This document shows positions 17,567-22,160 of a stretch of DNA of 22,160 nucleotides, one piece after another. The translations under genes were made by a program, and so were the position numbers. The stretch is taken from NCBI GenBank assembly GCA_051382335.1, contig JBBCAX010000255.1, positions 1 to 22,160 of the forward strand, in the 5' to 3' direction. The stretch is from Deltaproteobacteria bacterium TL4. GTDB lineage: Bacteria > SAR324 > NAC60-12. The notes under the pieces were generated by a model. The model made no database searches. It was not told the origin of the DNA and worked only from the letters and a program-made list of their open reading frames with translations. Within the stretch, counting starts at the first letter, position 1. The number at the start of each line of letters is the position of its first letter.

Positions 17567-17613
17567 ATTCCGTGTTCGTGCTCGTGAACGAATTGAAAGG
17601 GTTCGAGCACGAG
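17567..17613. repeat. CTCGTG/CACGAG-type hairpin repeat
   Basis: Perfect 9-bp stem tcgtgctcg (17576-17584) / cgagcacga (17604-17612); related copy at 11370-11439. Confidence 0.7.
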
Positions 17614-17753
17614 AGGGACTTGTTTCTATCAGACAACTTTGGATCAAGTGTCACTATCCCGCAACAGCGCGATGATTTCTACGAACCGCCATATGCGGAG
17701 CCGCATGTACGGCAATGTGGGAGGTGGCGGAGAAAAACCGCTACCTACCCGAT
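17613..17753 (+). mobile_element. 5'-truncated group IIC intron remnant: last codons of the RT/maturase ORF plus ribozyme domains V and VI
   Basis: 17616-17675 encodes GLVSIRQLWIKCHYPATAR*, which resembles class C maturase C-termini. DV is gaaccgccatatgcggagccgcatgtacggc (CGC triad, AC bulge). DVI is gggaggtggcgg/ccgctacct-A-ccc with the bulged A at 17747, ending ACCCGAT. Confidence 0.9.
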
Positions 17754-18041
17754 TTGGGCGATTACGAATGCACGATGTTTCTACCGTGCCACCTGCTTGA
17801 ATATCTCCACCGACTGACCAACTACCACCGCTTAAGCTTCTGAAAATAAGTTGTCAGTTCACTCATTATTTTAAAGAAAGAGTGAAGCTATTATTTTTTA
17901 GAAATGTATTTTGCATAACCCTGAAGCCTCTATGAAAGCTTTAAACCGTTGAACGGACTCTTCTTGATTGAGGAGACATGTATCTTACAGCTTTGGTCGT
18001 AATAACGGAGATCATCTTTGGACTGGTATGAAGCGTAGGGT

Positions 18042-20276
18042 CTAAGTTGGTATCTGATAGATACTCACAGACTCCTTCAAGGAATTAGCAATGTTCAAAA
18101 GATCAATGGATTTTACATGCGTTTGTTCCGTTCCTTGCTCTACTTCTTTAATAGATCTTTGCATTTTTTGGAGATATTCTTGAAGCTTGTTAGCGTTTTG
18201 AGACACTTCTTTATTTAGATGCGCCATCTTTTTCACTTCATCAGCAACTTGAGCGGTATTTTGAGCAGCATCCCTTGCTGCAATAGAAATCTCAGAAGTT
18301 GACTTGGTAATATCCTGGACACCATGATTGGCTTCTTCCATATTTTTAGAAGAGTTCTTTAACAATATCACTACTTGATCAATAGATATCGCAATTTCTT
18401 TAGAAAGGACGTTTTGTTCTACGATGGTTCTGGCGACTTGTTGATTCATCTGAACCATATTTTTGATGATGTCATCAACGGTTTTAGAGCTTTTTAGCGA
18501 AGCATTCACGCAATTTTGAATACTCTCCATTTTGTTCAATATTTCTTCGTTGGCCACCGAGGTTTGTTGTGCTAACTCCTTCACTTCATGAGCGACCACA
18601 GCAAACCCCTTCCCAAAGGCCCCAGCTCGAGCTGCCGCAATCGTTGCATTTAGGGCTAACATATTCGTTTGTACGGCAATCGAACTAACCATCTTCACTA
18701 CGTGGCCTACTTCAATTGATATTTGCGATAGGTGATTCATTGTTTCTACAGTCTTGGTAATATTTTCATTGGCTTGTGTGGCAATGAGCGTTGCCTGGGT
18801 TGTATGCTCTGTAATATGATTCAAGGAGGTACAAAATTGCCCCATGTGATTGGCAATGCTCAAAATATTATGAAACGCTCTATCTATATCTTTATTGGAA
18901 GATTGGACATTATCCGAAATTTGTTGAGTTGTGGTTGCCAAGCTCATGATATTGATACTCAATTCTTCAATGCTGCTGGAAATAATAAGGACATTTCCTG
19001 AAACATGTTCTGTCGATATTTCAGCAACTTGCATCGAATGACTCATCGCTTGTTCCAAACTAAAAGACGCACTACTTTGTTTTATCATCCATTGCGCATG
19101 TTCAAAAAGGGAGGACGATAACTGATTGAGATCATCCGAATTTTGTGCCAGAGATAAAGCATTGGTGAAGATCATCGTGACACTCTGTTCGAGTTGATTC
19201 AAAAGAGCATTAAACGCGTGAGCTACTTCTCCTATTTCACCACCTTGTATGGAAATTCGCTGGGTTAAATCGTGTTGCGTGCCTACTTCTTGGATTTGCA
19301 ATACTACTTGATTGAGTGAACGAGTAATGGAGAGCGCAATCCATCCGCCTCCGACAAATAATAGTAGAAAAATAATACCTACTCCGATTAACTGAATCCA
19401 AAAAATTTCGTTAGCTTTACGATTGCGACTTTCTTGAGAAAACTGAGCAATTTTTTGAATTGAATCATGGATTTTCTTTTGATGATCCAATTCAATTTGC
19501 TCAGATAATTGTCGAGTTTCTTCAAATAATTGGACAGATTCCGCCACCAATTTTTTCATCTCAGTTAAAGTTTTTGTCAATCCAGTGGCAAGTGTCGTCA
19601 AATCTTTGTATTCCTCCGTCTGTACCAACGCTTTGAGATTGGCTTCTTCTATGGATAACGTATGCATCGCTTGTTGATAATTTTGATCAAATTTTTTTCG
19701 ATTCCCTTCTAAAAAAAGTTCTTGATTCAAACTTAACATAACCCTGTTTAACCACCCAAATGCATTTCGTGACGAATTGAGAATATTGTACAATCCTACA
19801 TCAGGAGTAACTCCTGTCATCAGTGCATTACCGATTTTTTCATCGATCTTAGTATTCACCAAGATTATTTCTTTAGAATAAGACTCTACTAATTGATTCA
19901 ATATTTCTTTTTTTTGAAGCAAGGAACGAGTTTTATCCACAATTTGATCAAAAACGCTCTGAAATGAAGAAAGCGTATTTTGAACTTCATCTAATGATTG
20001 CTTTTGGTCTTTTAATAAATCAATAGGAATTTTTTTAAAAAAATCTTGAGATGTTTCAAGCAACTTTTTAGTTTTCTGTTCCTCTGAAAAAGAACTTTTG
20101 AATTGAGCATGAGAGACTAAAGCCATCAGCAAATGTCTTTGAAAAACATCCAATTTTTCAATGAGTTCATAATACTCAAGTTTAGTATTATTTAGCTGAG
20201 CCAGACTCCATGTTGTGATCAATAAAAACAAAGAACTAATGAGTACTAGAGCCTGAATTTTATGAGCAATTTTCAT
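18042..20276 (-). CDS. Methyl-accepting chemotaxis protein (TM1, helical periplasmic sensor, TM2, HAMP, long signalling domain); alternative start at 20336
   Basis: Two TM segments, HAMP-like DLTQRI...EIGEVAHAFNALL, and the signalling motif IAVQTNMLALNATIAAARAGAFGKGFAVVAHEVKELAQQT. Confidence 0.93.
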   Translation of the reverse strand: MKIAHKIQALVLISSLFLLITTWSLAQLNNTKLEYYELIEKLDVFQRHLLMALVSHAQFKSSFSEEQKTKKLLETSQDFFKKIPIDLLKDQKQSLDEVQNTLSSFQSVFDQIVDKTRSLLQKKEILNQLVESYSKEIILVNTKIDEKIGNALMTGVTPDVGLYNILNSSRNAFGWLNRVMLSLNQELFLEGNRKKFDQNYQQAMHTLSIEEANLKALVQTEEYKDLTTLATGLTKTLTEMKKLVAESVQLFEETRQLSEQIELDHQKKIHDSIQKIAQFSQESRNRKANEIFWIQLIGVGIIFLLLFVGGGWIALSITRSLNQVVLQIQEVGTQHDLTQRISIQGGEIGEVAHAFNALLNQLEQSVTMIFTNALSLAQNSDDLNQLSSSLFEHAQWMIKQSSASFSLEQAMSHSMQVAEISTEHVSGNVLIISSSIEELSINIMSLATTTQQISDNVQSSNKDIDRAFHNILSIANHMGQFCTSLNHITEHTTQATLIATQANENITKTVETMNHLSQISIEVGHVVKMVSSIAVQTNMLALNATIAAARAGAFGKGFAVVAHEVKELAQQTSVANEEILNKMESIQNCVNASLKSSKTVDDIIKNMVQMNQQVARTIVEQNVLSKEIAISIDQVVILLKNSSKNMEEANHGVQDITKSTSEISIAARDAAQNTAQVADEVKKMAHLNKEVSQNANKLQEYLQKMQRSIKEVEQGTEQTHVKSIDLLNIANSLKESVSIYQIPT

Positions 20277-20368
20277 ATAATTAACTATTCGTGATAATCC
20301 AACAGAGGCAGTTGCAAACGCACTTACGGAGCACATCTACCCGTTGGGGAATCCCCCCAAAAACATCA

Positions 20369-20875
20369 TCATTTTAGAAGCGCATTCAACTCATCAATAC
20401 TTAGATTTTCTTCGTAAATGCCTGCTCCTACTACATACGAAGAACCTTCGGCTTTGCGCACAAAAGAGACCTTACGAAACGCCTGTGCAACATCTGGTTT
20501 ACGCCACCAATATTCAATCCAACCACCTTTAAGCTGATTTTGTAATTCACAAAATTTAGCTCCAAAATTGTTGCCTTTCACATCTTTTAACATACTAATA
20601 GGTTTTCCAACTAAGGCAGGAACAATCGGTTGAACTACCGTAATTTGTTTTTCACAATCCAAAACAAATACATATAAATCTTTACTCATAAATCGATTAG
20701 GATTTTTATTTAATTCTATCAAAGACGTCTTAGCCTCTTTCGATATGAAAGAGGCTGCTTGATTAACTAAACTAATCACTTCATGAGGTGAGGCTTCTGC
20801 CTGAAGTGAAGCAGGTAATATCCATCCAATTCCGATTATTAATCCAAGACTCAAATATATTTTTATCATTTTCAT
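20369..20875 (-). CDS. Stand-alone secreted single Cache-domain protein
   Basis: AAAGGAG RBS before the ATG at 20875; signal peptide ending SLQA; DLYVFVLD, LVGK...LKDVKG, GGWIEYWWRKP, KVSFVRK, VVGAGIY are characteristic of sCache domains. Confidence 0.88.
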   Translation of the reverse strand: MKMIKIYLSLGLIIGIGWILPASLQAEASPHEVISLVNQAASFISKEAKTSLIELNKNPNRFMSKDLYVFVLDCEKQITVVQPIVPALVGKPISMLKDVKGNNFGAKFCELQNQLKGGWIEYWWRKPDVAQAFRKVSFVRKAEGSSYVVGAGIYEENLSIDELNALLK

Positions 20876-20927
20876 ATATTCTCCTTTAATTAGTTTTAGT
20901 GAAGAACCACCAGCTAAAGCTGGATGC

Positions 20928-21140
20928 CTATAGATGTTGTTCATTTAAATAGTTCACAATTGAAACGATTGGGCGTAGGTCCGCTTAACGCAGCGTAGCG
21001 GCGTGTAATCCGACGTTTCAAGAGGACTGGCGAATTACACACAACAACAAATCATATTAATTCAGAAGCTTACGTTGGGCTAATTCGCCCTACAACCTTC
21101 GTCTCCTCAAAAATGAATTTATTTAAATGAATGTCTATAG
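20928..21140. mobile_element. MITE-like element (213 bp) with imperfect terminal inverted repeats enclosing a GTAG-type REP pair
   Basis: Left end ctatagatgttgttcatttaaatagttca; right end tgaatttatttaaatgaatgtctatag. Inside are cgtaggtccgcttaac...gtaatccgacg and the inverted ggcgaattac...gctaattcgccctac. Confidence 0.6.
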
Positions 21141-21504
21141 GTACCCATGACAATGCTGTTGACTTAAGGAAACAGCTTTTTATTTTCGGCTACGGGCCTA
21201 CGTTGGGATACTCGCATTGAGAACCGTTGTAGATACCGTGTTTAAAGTCAACCATAAATTTAATCTGAGTTTTGCGAGTTCATAATAAAATTTCAATGAG
21301 TTAGCTTTTAAATAGTGAATTTAAGTACAATTTTACTCCTTATTTAGGGTAGTACAGGCTTCCGTGTCTAATGTCAATTACTTTTCCCTATCGACGACAA
21401 TTATTTTTACCGAAGCGTTTGTGATCTAATAAACAAGATTTTGTATTATGTTTTTAAATTTAAAGCGTCGCAGGCTTATTAAAAAGCGATCCGCCGGAGG
21501 CATA

Positions 21505-21929
21505 CTATAACTTGTTGCTGTTATCAAAGGTTGCGATGCTCTTGCTTCGAATCAAATCAGCGAGGGAGGGAAGACGGAACTGTCCACTGATTCTATCATG
21601 GAAATACTCTGGGATTTTTACTTTTAATTTTCTTGCCGTTTCAGTTAAACTCATCATAGTGTCCTTAGCTCGTACTCCTCCGCATTCTTCCTTTGCAGAC
21701 TGACATCCTCCCTTCGTTTTTGGACTCTCGCCGAATTTTCTGAAATATTATTGTGAAGTGGAAGCATAGGATACTTCAACACCGTAAGCAGCCGCTGTTT
21801 TTTCTCTTTGGTTTTTCTATTCTTGAGATCAACGATCTTGGAAATGCTCCTATTTCCATTTGGATCTTCACTCTTGTCAAGATCCACCTGAATAGTTTTT
21901 AGCGTTTCAGCAATATCGTTTGTTTTCAT
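21505..21929 (-). pseudogene. IS66-like transposase remnant, internally deleted and frameshifted
   Basis: LLTVLKYPMLPLHNNISENSARVQKRREDVSLQ, then after a one-base shift near 21675-21680 GVRAKDTMMSLTETARKLKVKIPEYFHDRISGQFRLPSLADLIRSK...TAG (21505). This matches the IS66-type C-terminus (PLHNN.SE...R; S+..TA+K.G+...Y). Confidence 0.8.
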
Positions 21930-22064
21930 AGGAGGTGTTTTTACGGAATTCAGAACACTAATGTAAGCCGATATTTGTAGAATTGTTGACTACCAGGAAA
22001 TTTAAACAGGATACGATTTTACCAGGAAAAATCAAACGCTAAGGACGTCCCCTCTTCTTTTCAG

Positions 22065-22111
22065 CAACTCTTGACAAAGAGTTGTCGAGTTTAGCTTTTC
22101 TCTGCCGATCA
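22065..22111 (+). promoter_or_regulatory. Candidate sigma28 (FliA) promoter preceded by an 8-bp inverted repeat, pointing out of the window
   Basis: TCGAGTTT-N11-GCCGATCA (22085-22111) versus the consensus TAAAGTTT-N11-GCCGATAA; palindrome CAACTCTT-gaca-AAGAGTTG at 22065-22084. Confidence 0.45.
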
Positions 22112-22160
22112 ATTGCGATACAAACTCCCATTATCTTACCCATGATTTTTATATTATAGA

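Noticed and set aside
17522..17587. GAGGTG followed by a Cys-rich mini-ORF (MAPKNNCSCFTPWIPCSCS) as a possible RiPP precursor
   Set aside because: The terminal Cys residues derive from the CTCGTG repeat, and no modifying enzymes are nearby.
17545..17817. 90-aa ORF
   Set aside because: Reads through the hairpin repeat and intron DV/DVI in a frame different from the maturase remnant.
17816..17842. accaactaccaccgcttaagc resembling an IS200/IS605 or IscB-element end
   Set aside because: Only half of the expected hairpin is present and no tnpA, tnpB or iscB follows; too short to call.
21260..21312. Minus-strand gctaactcattgaaa...cgcaaaac loosely resembling a c-di-GMP-I riboswitch upstream of the Cache-MCP genes
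   Set aside because: Lacks the conserved GGCAAAC and GACGCAAAG core and a convincing second stem; cmscan with the c-di-GMP-I model would settle it.
21512..21703. 63-aa plus-strand ORF
   Set aside because: Antisense of the transposase remnant.

Overview
Bacterial chromosomal window, probably from a deltaproteobacterial/SAR324-like lineage (inferred from gene content only). From left to right it holds: a 5'-truncated 2,4-dienoyl-CoA reductase (fadH) fused to unrelated DNA, a RecQ-family helicase, a tandem pair of uncharacterised paralogous exported proteins with outer-membrane beta-barrel-like C-termini, ilvE, an unannotated 49-aa membrane peptide, glnE, a 466-aa orphan, an actinobacterial-type 3-beta-hydroxysteroid dehydrogenase fused to a TMEM254/DUF4499-like membrane domain, a class I/II aminotransferase, a secreted pentapeptide-repeat protein, the 3' remnant of a group IIC intron beside a hairpin repeat, a long MCP with an altered hairpin tip preceded by a stand-alone Cache protein, a MITE-like element enclosing a REP pair, and an internally deleted IS66-like transposase. 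The intergenic regions carry at least three families of short dispersed palindromic repeats. No rRNA, tRNA or CRISPR array was seen. The best candidates for undescribed biology are the tandem barrel pair and the HSD-TMEM254 fusion. All family calls are by motif recognition; no searches were run.
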